A stretch of 64,000 nt of DNA, from assembly GCF_006345805.1 (NCBI RefSeq), contig NC_043009.1:70432001-70496000 (forward strand), given 5' to 3'. The position numbers and the translations under genes were made by a program. Within the stretch, counting starts at the first letter, position 1, and each line of letters opens with the position of its first letter. Source of the DNA: Octopus sinensis (taxonomy: Eukaryota). Positions 39,050 through 51,789 of this stretch are shown here, in pieces. The notes under the pieces are model-generated. The model had not been told where the DNA came from. It saw only the letters and a list, made by a program, of their open reading frames with translations, and ran no database searches.

Positions 39050-40157
39050 AGAGGAAAAAAAAATGATCAATAGGGATCGTTATCACAGAAATGTCAATAT
39101 GAAGTGTAAAGGGGAGGACAGGTGAGGTTTACCCGTGGAAAGAAAAGCCTGCGGAAAAGACCACGGTAACCTCGGTCAATGAAGTCACATTTTATATTTC
39201 TTTTTTTTTTTTTTTTTTTTGCAAATAAGCAACTCTCTGTTTTCGATTTCTGGGTTCATAGGACTATGCTCAAGGTGGCTTCGTCATTCATACGTGCCAT
39301 TCTTGCTACATTCACCCATCTTTTTTTAAAACATTCGCTAGACAAAACTTGCCTCTCTACTCTCACTTTCCTTTTCAAGTGGTACTTGAAGAAGTTGATG
39401 AGAGATTGACCAGAGAGGAAAGTGTTTGTCTCCAATCCTTTCAGACGCGCCCACCAGATACATTCTTTCGCCATAGCCACAAGGATGATGAAAATAGCTC
39501 TTCCTTCCCGTTTGAAGGAAGGAGGCGTGACAATATTGACGATAGACTCAGCTGATAAACCGACTCGTCCCACACGTGACAGCAGTTGTTCGACATAAGC
39601 CCACAGGTCGGAAATTGTTGGACACTGAACGAGTGCGTGCAGAACGGTTTCGTCGCTCTGACCGCATCTCGGGCAGGTCGGCCCCGTGTTTCTCGAGCCG
39701 TGTCTGTAGAGCTTATCCCGAACGGGTAGCGCTTCTCGGTAGCACTGCCAGGCCAGGGATCTCTGGAAGTTGTCTATGGGCCCTGGCCCGAAAGTCGTCC
39801 CGAACAGGCGGGTCAGGTACTCCTCGTCGACGTCCAGGTTCGCCCCGAGCTCGTCGTCGTACCTCCCCTCCACTAAACCCCTATAGAATGCTTTGGTTGT
39901 GTTGAAGTCACTTAAGGTCGACCCAGGACGGCAGAGTTGCTTGAGAGCAACGCGACACTCGCGGTGCCATTCGCCCTTCCTCGGCCTCTTTTTGATCCAC
40001 GACTGCAGTTCGGTCATGGAGACGAGCTGCGGGAAAGCGTGCCTCACAAACGGCGACCACACCTGTTCACCGTCGTCTACATAGAGCCAGAGATGTCGCA
40101 GTCTCAGCGCGTGTCTGCGCATCATCAACCACGGCATGCCCAGCCCTCCTTTTAACG

Positions 40158-40158
<1 letters not shown>
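38853..40158 (-). mobile_element. 5'-truncated Tx1/L1-clade retrotransposon inserted in a (GATA)n tract
   Basis: KGGLGMP, zf-RVT-like region, [18 protein letters not shown]; 3' UTR with poly(A)/poly(T) tracts ending AATAAAGAAACA; GATA repeats on both sides. Confidence 0.9.
39256..40158 (-). CDS. Uninterrupted C-terminal ~300 aa of Tx1-type ORF2 (no start of its own)
   Basis: ORF track 39256-40383; the upstream part is only translated microsatellite. Confidence 0.85.
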
Positions 40159-40219
<61 letters not shown>

Positions 40220-40234
40220 CAGATAGATAGATAT

Positions 40235-40283
<49 letters not shown>

Positions 40284-40284
40284 C

Positions 40285-40341
<57 letters not shown>
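40159..40341. repeat. (GATA)n microsatellite
   Basis: Direct reading. Confidence 0.97.
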
Positions 40342-40361
<20 letters not shown>

Positions 40362-40496
40362 CGTTTATGCACTTGCTTTGCAAAATTCTTGATGTGAAAT
40401 CGTGTGTTCAAACTGATATTCTTATATCTCGGGACAGTAATTTTTTCCTTGCCAAATAAACACACACACACACATAAATACACACACACTCACACA

Positions 40497-40556
<60 letters not shown>

Positions 40557-41545
40557 TACAGATAGATATATTTAGTCATTTATTCGTTCTTCACTCTTTA
40601 TCATTGTTCTTATTTTATCTTATGTCCACTGTCTAGAAATCTTTCGTCACACATCTCTGACCTCTTCACCGACTCGTCCATCCACGTGTTTTCTCTTCTT
40701 CTGTTTTGTCCATTCCCAGAACAGGAGGAAACACACGCTATGTGTATGCGTGGCAGTATTGTTGTATATCTGTGTATGCTTGCATATCAATTGTCAATCA
40801 AAATGGGATGACGTGGGGGCAGGGGTTGTGCATAATTTTTTGTCTCTTCGAACAGAATGCGTGAACAATTTATCTCATAACATAAGTTGTGTGTTTTTTC
40901 CCAACTAACAAAAATTTCACCTTATCCACATAAAGCCATTTCCTCAAGAGTTGAAAATAATTTCTCTTGAATTGAATACTTTCATTTCGGACTTCATTTT
41001 ATATATGTCTCGTATGTCCAGTTAATGTGTCTCCTTAAGCTTTTAACATAAATAATACGAATAACTTCTGAACATTATGTTTCATGCAGAACAAAATTTT
41101 CTCAATAAATTTCGCTGACCGTGTGTTGACAGGTAGAAACCCATTATCCCATAAACAGTGTAAAGCACGAAATAATGTCTCACTGATTTTGCTTTAGATT
41201 CCGACCAAAACGAAGTGAGACCTATGTATATATCATGTAAGGCTCATGCAAGGTTTGAATGCAGAACTTACGTCTCTCAGGCGCAGAACTTAAAAGAATA
41301 TTTATGTAAGACGAAATTGGCTTTTCTCAAGTCTAGTGACATAAGTTGTCCACAGAATTACGATGAACTAATTTCGTTTTGTACAGAACTGATAGATTGT
41401 CAAACCAAATATTAGGCAGGGATTGTCAGGAATGATAGAGGGGAAGGCAAAATGTTTTACAATAAGTAGTATATATAGATTCTGCTTTTAAATGTTGCCA
41501 ACATTCAGTTTGACTTCCATTGTTGTTAGAGGAACAGGCAATATT

Positions 41546-41750
41546 CTTTTCTACTCTCAACGCCCTAAATTTGGGGGAAGGGAACCAGTCGATTAGATCG
41601 ACCCCAATGCGTAACTGGTACTTAATTTATCGACCCCCGAAAGGCAAAGTCGACCTCAGCGGAATTTGAACTCAGAACGTAAAGCCAGGCGAAATATCGC
41701 TAAGCATTTCGCCCGGCTTGCTAATGTTTCTGCCAGCTCCTCGCCGCTTT
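41546..41750 (-). mobile_element. tRNA-derived SINE with Meta-like domain
   Basis: Reverse complement reads gcggcgaggagctggcagaaacattagc..gagttcaaattccgctgaggtcgactttgcctttcggggtcgataaattaagtaccag; flanked by aacaggcaatatt duplication. Confidence 0.85.
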
Positions 41751-41777
41751 AGTAACAGGCAATATTAAATGATTACA

Positions 41778-41978
41778 AAGCGGTGAACTTGCAGAATCGT
41801 AAGCACGCTGGGCAATATACTTTGCCGCATTTCGTCTGTCTTTGCGTTGTAAGTTCAAATTGCGCCGAGGTCCGTTCATTATTTTTGGGGTCGATTGAAT
41901 AAGTACCAGTTATGCACTAGGGTCAATGTGATTGAAATACTCCGTAAAATTGCTTGCCTTGTGCCAAAATGTGAAAGT
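41778..41978 (+). mobile_element. Second copy of the same SINE, head-to-head with the first
   Basis: gcggtgaacttgcagaatcgtaagcacg..ggggtcgattgaataagtaccag; flanked by aatattaaa(t/a)gattaca duplication. Confidence 0.85.
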
Positions 41979-43095
41979 AATATTAAAAGATTACATTTCT
42001 TTCGCACATTTGAATTAAGCATTCGAGGGTCTTACAATGAAAATGTTTTTAACACCATTTAATGATTAACATTGATATATCTAATAGTGTGCTTGTTCTA
42101 ATAGTTTATGTACACAAATATTTGAGAATGTATTTTGTTGACGTGTTAAATAAGAATAGAACATAAATTGGAGATTTTTTTGTTGTTGTTGACAAAGTAT
42201 TTCACAATTTCCGATAGATTTCCGTCAGGTTCTGATCACACATAGATACGTAGTAAATGAGAGGTTTTGATGTGTCGTGGGAAAAGTAGACGAGACTAAA
42301 AACTAGAGATGAAAATATATATAAAAAAAACACATTTCGAATTGATTGAAAGACAACACAACACCATGAGCAGAACACAAACAAATAAACATAGTAAAAC
42401 ACATCCGCTATTTATGATTCAAGCCAGAAATTTATTCTCTTTGAAATGATCCCCCACACAAAACAAACAGAAATTGAACTGGTACTTAGAATAATTGCAC
42501 TCCTCTCTGCTCCTACACTAAGTCTGTACATTTAAAAGGAACAAAAAAGAAAAGCGAAAATATATGATGACACAAAATAGTCTGCGACATATATCTGAAG
42601 ATAGAAGCCGCGCACATAGAGAGAAGGGAAGTGGCGGGGACTGGCGGCTGAGATACCGAAAACAGGATGTTCATTTAAACATTCTGTAAAGTCTAAGTTA
42701 TTTATATAAGATGAAGCAAAAATAAACGTCTGACATTAGAGATAAGCGTCTTATATAAACCAGAATTTATTTAGTTGTTAACATGTTTCTACATCTGGTA
42801 AAAAATTATTTCTGGGTGATTTCATTCCGATGTGAATGTTGAGTTTAAACAGATAGTAAAAGGCATCTATATGTTGGATTAAAGACGCAAAGTATTTATT
42901 TCCTAAAAACGAATTAGGTTAATTCCTTTTAATACAGAGAAAGATAAACTTTGCCCTGAAAGATAAATTTCGCTATTGGATGGATGCTCTGGATTGAAAC
43001 CTTTAAATATATTGTTTTAAATCACGTATATATAAAGTGTAAAATCTCAAAAAATTGTCAGAGGCATAAAGAATCTTTTACCTTCAATATCCATA

Positions 43096-44184
43096 TTATA
43101 CGCAAATAAAGTCAGCCGAAACTGTTTCTGCAACTCTGTTCCAAGACTGCGAAATGTCTTCCAGTCTGATAAAACTCATTGGTTCCGATCTTGTCCCTTC
43201 ACAAACCTTCAAATATTGTACTTGTGAACTATTTCGAACGATACGAAACAGTTCACCGTACTCGAGCCGAAGGTCTACGAGGGAAATCTCTCTCACACCA
43301 AGTACCACCTTCTTAGAAAACTTTGGATAATTGTGGTATTCCGATGTTTCTGAAATACATTATTTCATAATGTCGATTTAGAGCTGAATAGCACCAACAG
43401 AAGGAATAGAAAGCCACTCTCTAACGAATTTTATTCCTAGAATATGGTAATATCTGTTGCACTGGGAATAGCTAACTTCTACCTTTTTCATTAAAAATAC
43501 TTCAACTATATTAAGACGCAAACAGTATATTTAACAAGGAAAATGTTTTCTGTCCTCTGGATGTAAACAAGCATACAAAAAAATTCCACGGTCATTAAAA
43601 GAATCAAGTCCCACATGTGTGGCACAGTGCCCGCTAAAACCCCAAAATATTTTACATATTAAAGATCATCCTCGGCTAATCCAGCAACGACTGATCAAGA
43701 TTAGAACAACCGTTGAAGGAAGGTGTTAAGGTGTTGCGCCACCCTTCGCTTTGCACTGATTACTACTGTTTTGAAATACGTATCCGTACCTAGTTTTGTT
43801 TTATTTACTTATTGTGTATCATCATTGCTAAATAAGTTTCCATGTGTTCCAGTTTTCCCACTGATCGGCATATTTATGGAGGTTGTGGGTTGGCACGGGA
43901 CTCTCTACGGAACAAATACATCACGAGATTAAGTTTCCAAGAACACGGCTTTTCGTCATGTTTTCTTCTTTTTTTTGCCGATGTTTACAACTCACACACT
44001 AATACAGATATATGCACGTACGCACATACACATATGCACATACTTAATACATACATGCACCCACACATAATATTTCGATGTTAATCCAATTGCTGGGATA
44101 TGAAAATGCTATCACCTTTAGTTTAGTCACGAAAGCAGCGTTTCGTGCTCGACATTTTTACTCACCCACCCAACATTACGTTAC
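43096..44184 (-). CDS. Candidate exons (44184-44166 and from 43349) of an unidentified gene
   Basis: atcatgtcag/gtgagt micro-exon GNVMLV is in phase with the gtatttcag acceptor giving ETSEYHNYPKFSKKVVLGVREISLVDLRLEYGELFRIVRNSSQVQYLK. Confidence 0.25.
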
Positions 44185-46327
44185 CCTGACATGATAAAAG
44201 TCCAAGACGTTTCAAGAGAGATTTGATCATACAATGCAGAAAAAGGAAAAAGTATCGCAAGGCATACTTGGATAACATTAATGAGGCTGTTCATCTTAGA
44301 AAATAAAGTTACATTCTACGTTTCTACTTTGTGTGAAAACAGAAATTTAAATAAAAAAACTACAGAAACTGAATATTTTAATGAAATAATTCCTAAAATT
44401 CTTAAAGGCTCGAAGATAGTTTAAAGTATTTAGTTGTGTAGAGAGAGATATTGTTTAATAAGCTGAGTCTCAGTAATATATTTGAGCTGAGAGTGTCACG
44501 GTAGGACGGCCGTCACTGGGGATCGAGGACGACATGTTGGCAGTTTGCACCATAATTTCGCAAATGGTTCTAGGGGCCCTCTACACGTGACCAGCTTGAC
44601 CGTATTACTTTTATCCCAGTGGGATATCTTAAACGCTGAAAGAATTAAACGTAAAATTCACCTCCACAAGATTTAATTTTAGGGAAAGCAAGGAAACGGA
44701 ACAAATATCTGAGAGAATTCCATCCGACGCTCTAACGACTTTGTCAGTCGACCGTCTGAGAGTCAAGTAGCATAGATGTTATATATGTAGGAATTTTGGG
44801 ACTCGGGAAATTCATTCATCGATGAAATTGGCTGTTCGGTTGCAACATTGCAGCTTCAGAACAGGCAATGTTTTCAGCTGGTTTGTAATAAAGCTTACTT
44901 ATTCCAATTCTCGCTCATAATATTCATCTTAAAATAAAGGCAAAAGTGATTGATTTCATGTGTTATAAGTAAGGATCCTTCATGCTCAATAAAGAGCGAA
45001 GACTTTGCGGTTTAATGCGTAGCTGTACCCCATACATTTCTTGTAGCTGAAATATTCACTAATGAAACCTCAGCCCGAATTTTTTTTTGTTTCAGTTCTA
45101 TCATATTTCTATCCTGAACACTTACACTTCAAGTGCGAAAGTACAAGGTTGCTTAGAAGTAAAATGTACCCTGCTTCATTTCTGAGTGTGACCCTTCTAT
45201 TAGCCTTTTTATCCTATCCCCCATGTTTTCCCTTCCTCTCACTGATCAACTCCCAGTTAACACTAGTGTTCCCCAAAGTTTGTTTTTCTCCGAACAGTTT
45301 TTTTATACACCAACAGACGGCTTGCTATCACTTCTAACAACGCTCACGTCTATGTATCTTATACTATGCTTCACATCTTCCTATATCTCCAAGTGTTAAC
45401 CACATGTAAATCGGATATCCCAGTCAAAACCTACACTAACTCTGTGAATGTCTACCTACATGGAAAATAGTTTTCATGGAGTCGATTTATTTCTACCGCC
45501 TTCAACTCTATAAATTGGTAACACTTACGTCTACCAGTTAAAGAATATTGTTTCCACCTACGAACACCAGGTAACCAGAATCATTGAAATCACTAAGTTT
45601 AAGCCGCATCATGACTGATAATACCCGCCGGCGATCGCACGTCTGCATAGCAAAGGCAGAGTGCTTTCACATGTAATAGCGTGTCACTATTCGTAATATC
45701 ATTTAAATCGCAGACAGAATCTAAGAACAAAATTAGGTCAACTGTTCGGCATGACATGATTAACATGTTCTAAAAACTAAGTCTAACTTGTATAGAATCC
45801 TTTTTTTCTAGAGTTAGGTAAGTAAAGACTGATATTTAAGAACTGGTAGGTCAGATGTCACAAGAGGTCCACGTCAATTACACAGCACTTCTATTGCTCA
45901 GGATTGGTGAGATTATACTCTGACTTACATCGCACGAACTGAGCTGCGCCAGTGAAGTTTATGCTTTTGTCATGAACAAATTTTGTCACACTGCTATGCA
46001 CTGCAACTCATTCCTCCCGCGATTAACCTGTCAAATCAAGATGAATAACTTGCAATTTTTTTAAGCAGAAAATATTCCCGGCATTTAATATTTGCTATTC
46101 CACAGTGATTTTGAACTTTAATTGTATACAATCGATTATCCACTTCAAATAAAATTCTTTGTAATTCTTGTTACATCGAATATCATAACCATCATCACCT
46201 TTTCCAAAAGTACAAAGGGATTCATACATTATCAAACAGGCACACAAATACACACACATATGTCGATTATATATATACTTATACCACATGTAATTGTGCG
46301 TGTATAAGTATGAGTGTGTGTATACAT

Positions 46328-46457
<130 letters not shown>

Positions 46458-47472
46458 GTATATGTGTACATATATATATGGCTGTCTTAAGATATGTAAT
46501 GAATCTACATATGTATACACGCTTGGTATCTAATCATTAACGCTATGAAAGATACTCATTCTCCTTCAGCTAATATCTCATTCATCAAAGATATGCTCAT
46601 TGATCAAAATATCAATAAATTTGTGTGTAAATGACTTCTAACAATAAGCTGACCAGATGCGCTCTTCACTGGATCATTATTTCAATCCCCCTTGGCTACC
46701 TTACAATTATTTATACACCAAATGATGCAAACTTATACTCACTTTTAATTAATCTAACTTTGTAAAGTTATGCACAACTAGTTTCGACGTACATGAAATA
46801 CCTGGATAGCGACATCACCCAAACGCACACACACAAGAATGCACACACACACGCACCACACACACACGCACACATACTCAAACACACATAAAAACATGGA
46901 CACAAACATAATAATTGTAAGCGATGGTTTTATCTCTGCTTAGCAATCCTGAAACTAGGAACCGAAATAAAACATAAACACTGAACCTTGTGAGGAATTG
47001 AACCTCCCAACACTCCGAGTTGTTCCTCTATAAATGGATTGTGTTCTCTGTCGCATAGAGGTCATTGCTTCCAGTAGATTCTATCTATCTATCTATATAT
47101 CTATCTATCTATATATATATATATATATATATATCTAGTAATCTATATATCTATCTCTTTCTGTCCCTCTTTCTCTCTCAGATTGCTCTCAACTTTATAC
47201 CTCTCTATGTCTTTGTCAGCATATGCACACGTGTAATACAAAACATACATACATACATACAGAAATACCTGTTGTCTAGTGTTGTCAAGGTGCAACTGTT
47301 ATGTATGGACATGAGCTAATGTAAAAAAATAATGAATAAAGAATGCATAAAATGACATAAATATTCATGAAAAATATGAAAAGGATTGCATGGGAAGGTA
47401 TAAATATATATGCGCTTACATGGTTATACATCCACACTTATACATACGCATACAACTATACGAATGCATACA

Positions 47473-47536
<64 letters not shown>

Positions 47537-47544
<8 letters not shown>

Positions 47545-48735
47545 TATAAAACTCAACTTGTGTGTCTGTATGTTTAACTTCCCGACACATCTTCTCCTAG
47601 CCAACAAATCGTAGAACCACCAAAAATGGGTCACTTAAAGTTTAGGCGAATGAAAATTGAACTGCGCTATTTCTGTTCCGAAATTCATCTCGCAAGTGCA
47701 AAAATCGATAATGTTTTTGTTTAGGCCTTATCCCATGCATTGAATAGTGAACTTTACTCAGTCAGCTGTTTGCCGTGAACTGTGTTCACCACGCGTGCAA
47801 GCATGCGTAAATTGCATGAAAAATAAAAATTCAAGATATCAAAACGAATCGCCGTAAACATTATAGAAATTCGGCAAAGAAATGAATCTTCGGGATGTAG
47901 CCTGGAGGGTTTTTTCGTATTAATCGTTTGGCCTTTGTGAACATACACCAATTGTTTTCATAACATTTTTAACGGTTTGAATTAAATGTAACGATTTTGC
48001 GTTGACTCTGCAGTTTGAATCACTTTAACCAAATTTTAGCAGGCCGGATTTTTGATCATCACGATACATCGCCAGCGACTCCCTGAAACTCTCCCCTGAA
48101 ATCTCCGTTGAGAAATCTATATATATAAAACTCAACTTGTGTGTCTGTGTGTTTAACTTCCCGACACATCTTCTCCTAGCCAACAAATCGTAGAACCACC
48201 AAAAATGGGTCACTTAAAGTTTAGGCGAATGAAAATTGAACTGCGCTATTTCTGTTCCGAAATTCATCTCGCAAGTGCAAAAATCGATAATGTTTTTGTT
48301 TAGGCCTTATCCCATGCATTGAATAGTGAACTTTACTCAGTCAGCTGTTTGACGTGAACTGTGTTCACCACGCGTGCAAGCATGCGTAAATTGCATGAAA
48401 AATAAAAATTCAAGATATCAAAACGAATCGCCGTAAACATTATAGAAATTCGGCAAAGAAATGAATCTTCGGGATGTAGCCTGGAGGGTTTTTTCGTATT
48501 AATCGTTTGGCCTTTGTGAACATACACCAATTGTTTTCATAACATTTTTAACGGTTTGAATTAAATGTAACGATTTTGCGTTGACTCTGCAGTTTGAATC
48601 ACTTTAACCAAATTTTAGCAGGCCGGATTTTTGATCATCACGATACATCGCCAGCGACTCCCTGAAACTCTCCCCTGAAATCTCCGTTGAGAAATCTATA
48701 TATATAAAACTCAACTTGTGTGTCTGTGTGTGTAT
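47537..48735 (+). repeat. Head-to-tail tandem of a 579-bp unit (two copies plus a third head), Helitron/HINE-like 5' end
   Basis: ctcaacttg starts at 47552, 48131 and 48710; units begin TCTATATATATAAAAC; only two substitutions spotted by eye. Confidence 0.9.
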
Positions 48736-48812
48736 CTGTGTGTATGTCTGTGTGTTTCACTTTTTGATCTGCCAAGTTTCATTATTAAGGATGGAAAGTA
48801 GTGTGTAGCAAA

Positions 48813-49196
48813 TCTCTATATATAAAGCTGAAGTTGTCTGTGGCAGGTTTGGTAGCTTTCAACTAACACTATCTCCTTCGAGACCCTGCAGCGCAAGTTG
48901 ACCAAAATTGATAGTATGATAGAAGACGGCTTGCTCGTCATTTGGTTGAAGATAAAATTCAAATCGGACCATGTTAACACCAAAAATTATTTACATCAAA
49001 AAGGTGCTTTTTTTCTATGAAAATCCCTATTTTTTACGATTTTTGACTGCTGTGTCACCATTTTTCGGTGTATTTCAACTGGAAAAATGTTCACTTGAAG
49101 AGAATAACAAGTTGCATAATACAAAATTTTTACTTTTCAAAAATTCCAATTCTAAAGGATCGAAACACACCCAAGCAACACCGGGTGATACTACCA

Positions 49197-49197
<1 letters not shown>
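48813..49197 (+). mobile_element. Non-autonomous Helitron
   Basis: A|TCTCTATATATAAA 5' end, subterminal CCCAAGCAACACCGGG weak hairpin, 3' CCAG|T (CTAG variant), inserted between A and T. Confidence 0.75.
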
Positions 49198-49232
<35 letters not shown>

Positions 49233-49329
49233 GAGTAGATGTGTGTATGAATACATTTCAATGTATCTCTGTATATATGCATGTTGTTTAACTTTTTGTA
49301 AACACACACAAACATTAAAATTTGTATAT

Positions 49330-49752
49330 TTACTCTTTTCTCTTTTACTCTTTTACTTGTTTCAGTCATTTGACTGCGGCCATGCTGGAGCACCGCCTTT
49401 AGTCGAGCAACTCGACCCCGGGACTTATTCTTTTTTTGTAAGCCCAGTACTTATTCTATCGGTCTCTTTTTGCCGAACCGCTAAGTGACGGGGACCTAAA
49501 CACACCAGCATCGGTTGTCAAGCAATGCTAGGGGGACAAACACAGACACACAAACAAACACACACATACATATATATATATATATACATATATACGACAG
49601 GCTTCTTTCAGTTTCCGTCTACCAAATCCACTCACAAGGCTTTGGTCAGCCCGACGCTATAGCAGAAGACACTTGCCCAAGGTACCACGCAGTGGGACTG
49701 AACCCGGAACCATGTGGTTGGTTGCAAGCTACTTACCACACAGCCACTCCTG
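49330..49752 (-). mobile_element. Near full-length tRNA-derived SINE with CORE-like domain
   Basis: Reverse complement: gctgtgtggtaagtagc..ggttccgggttcagtcccactgcgtggtaccttgggcaagtgtcttc..gctccagcatggccgcagtcaaatgactgaaac(aagagta)n. Confidence 0.92.
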
Positions 49753-49782
49753 CGCATACATATATACATACATACTTAAATA

Positions 49783-50160
49783 TCTACATATATAAAACTG
49801 AGAATGCGTGTCTGTTTGTCTGCGTGAATCCCTAAAACTTGAGAACTACACAACCAATTACATTCACATTTTACACATGCCTTACTTAGAGTCCATGGGT
49901 TTAGGGCCGCTTGCTCTGAGCTCCGTAGGGATAACTGCTCACCGCCATCAGCCGGCAGACAGCACTACGGTGATCAGAGCTTGCTCTAGGCTCCGTAGGA
50001 TGACTGCTCACCGCCACCAGCCGGGCACTTCACTCCACTTCACTTCACATTGGAGTTCTAATGATAGCGAAATATTGACAACAGTCACCAAGGATCTCAA
50101 AATAGTTGGCAATAATTATACTTTAAGTATATCCATTAAAAACGACGGATATCTAAGTGC
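49783..50160 (+). mobile_element. Helitron/HINE-like 5' fragment with an internal 70-bp duplication
   Basis: TCTACATATATAAAACTGAGAATGCGTGTCTGTTTGTCTG head; gcttgctct..ctccgtagg..actgctcaccgcca repeated at 49909 and 49979. Confidence 0.6.
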
Positions 50161-51229
50161 TCAATCAACCTGCTTTGCTTTTCCCGAGAGATTTTGAAAC
50201 TCAATAGTATTTTGACTCATGAATACTTATCTACGCACCAACTCAGCGACGTTATTCGAGATTTCAAAGTTTATATTGAATCTTCAGATGTTTATGAAAA
50301 CTTGTCAAAACATTGCACATTGACTGTTTTCCTCAAAGGGTATATTCTCATTGAAACTCTGTTTGTTTCTTTGGAATATAAACACCTTTATTGTAATGTC
50401 CTCTTGCTATTTGTAAAAAAAAAGTATGCTCTTGTGTTTTTCATATATGCAGTTCCTAACTGAAAGAAACCAGCTCTGCACTCCAGGCAAATAGAGAGTT
50501 CTTTTGTCTTAGAATATTTCGGGGTACATTGGGCATTTTTGTCATTCTAAAATCGTTAGATGAAACGAGACACGAAAGGGAAATTTTGGCTTTCCAAAAA
50601 CCTGAACGAATCCATTTAGTGAGTAACCCATCTTTTGAAATCCTTACCTAGAATCCTCCTAGCGTAACAAGCAATTCTCTTTATGGACCACTGTCATTAA
50701 CAAGAGACATTTTCTTATGAGGCAGGTGGTTTGATCTCAACACTTGCATGTGGAACTTTGTGCATATCCTTGTCAGCGGTATTGGTTGTGATATTGTCTA
50801 TTAAGTTTGGTTTACCTTTGCAACATGCGCATTAAGGAGTTCGTGGTGTTTATGCTTTTTGGAAGTGGTGCTGAAATTCATAGTTGTTTGTGGGAACATC
50901 AGGGTAGAATGTAAGATTTTGGCGATGTCAGGGTACTTTTCCTAACTAGTCACATATGGGTTAGGAAGTCCTCAGTATGTTAATGTACACTATATTTCTT
51001 TTCTACAAAATCATTTCTTGGTAACAACAGAATTGTAAAGGGCTTTTTATCTATCGAAAAAATCTCTGCCATAGTGTTGGTAAGACAGTCTTTCCTCAGA
51101 GCAGCTACTGAAGTTTTCGTTGTAACAGCTGGGGTTATGATTTCTATGAACATAAAGTCATACTCGATAGGCGTTTTAAAGAGAAACATACTTAAATATT
51201 TGTGTATGTATACATACATGCATTACATA

Positions 51230-51413
<184 letters not shown>

Positions 51414-51789
51414 TTACTAGCGTTTTTTTCTCTTTCGGGCTGTTGCTTAAGGAGACATCCTTACAGTATAAACAGCAACTCACACAAGCTGTTTGGTTGA
51501 TCTGATGGTAGTTGGTAGGATGAGAGTTGTTAAGAGGAACAACGTGAACAAGCTGGAAGATATAGTTCTCTAGGCAGTGAATTAAATAAAATAGAAAACA
51601 TCATGTTGTTTCTCAGAGATGACCAAACTAGTCTGCAGAGCAGAACTTAAGCATGTATGCGTATAATAACAATAATACATTGCTATGTTAGAAGAAAATA
51701 AAGAAATTAAAAAAGAAAAAGAATTTTTAAAATCCATAGTAATCGCTACTGGTAACATGTAATTCAGTACAACCTGTTACATTGTCGGG

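Noticed and set aside
45920-46035. Minus-strand segment with strong acceptor and donor
   Set aside because: Stops in all three frames; could be a non-coding exon but is unsupported
46980-47040. tRNA gene (GGTTCAATTCC box on the minus strand)
   Set aside because: No cloverleaf or acceptor stem; probably a SINE head remnant
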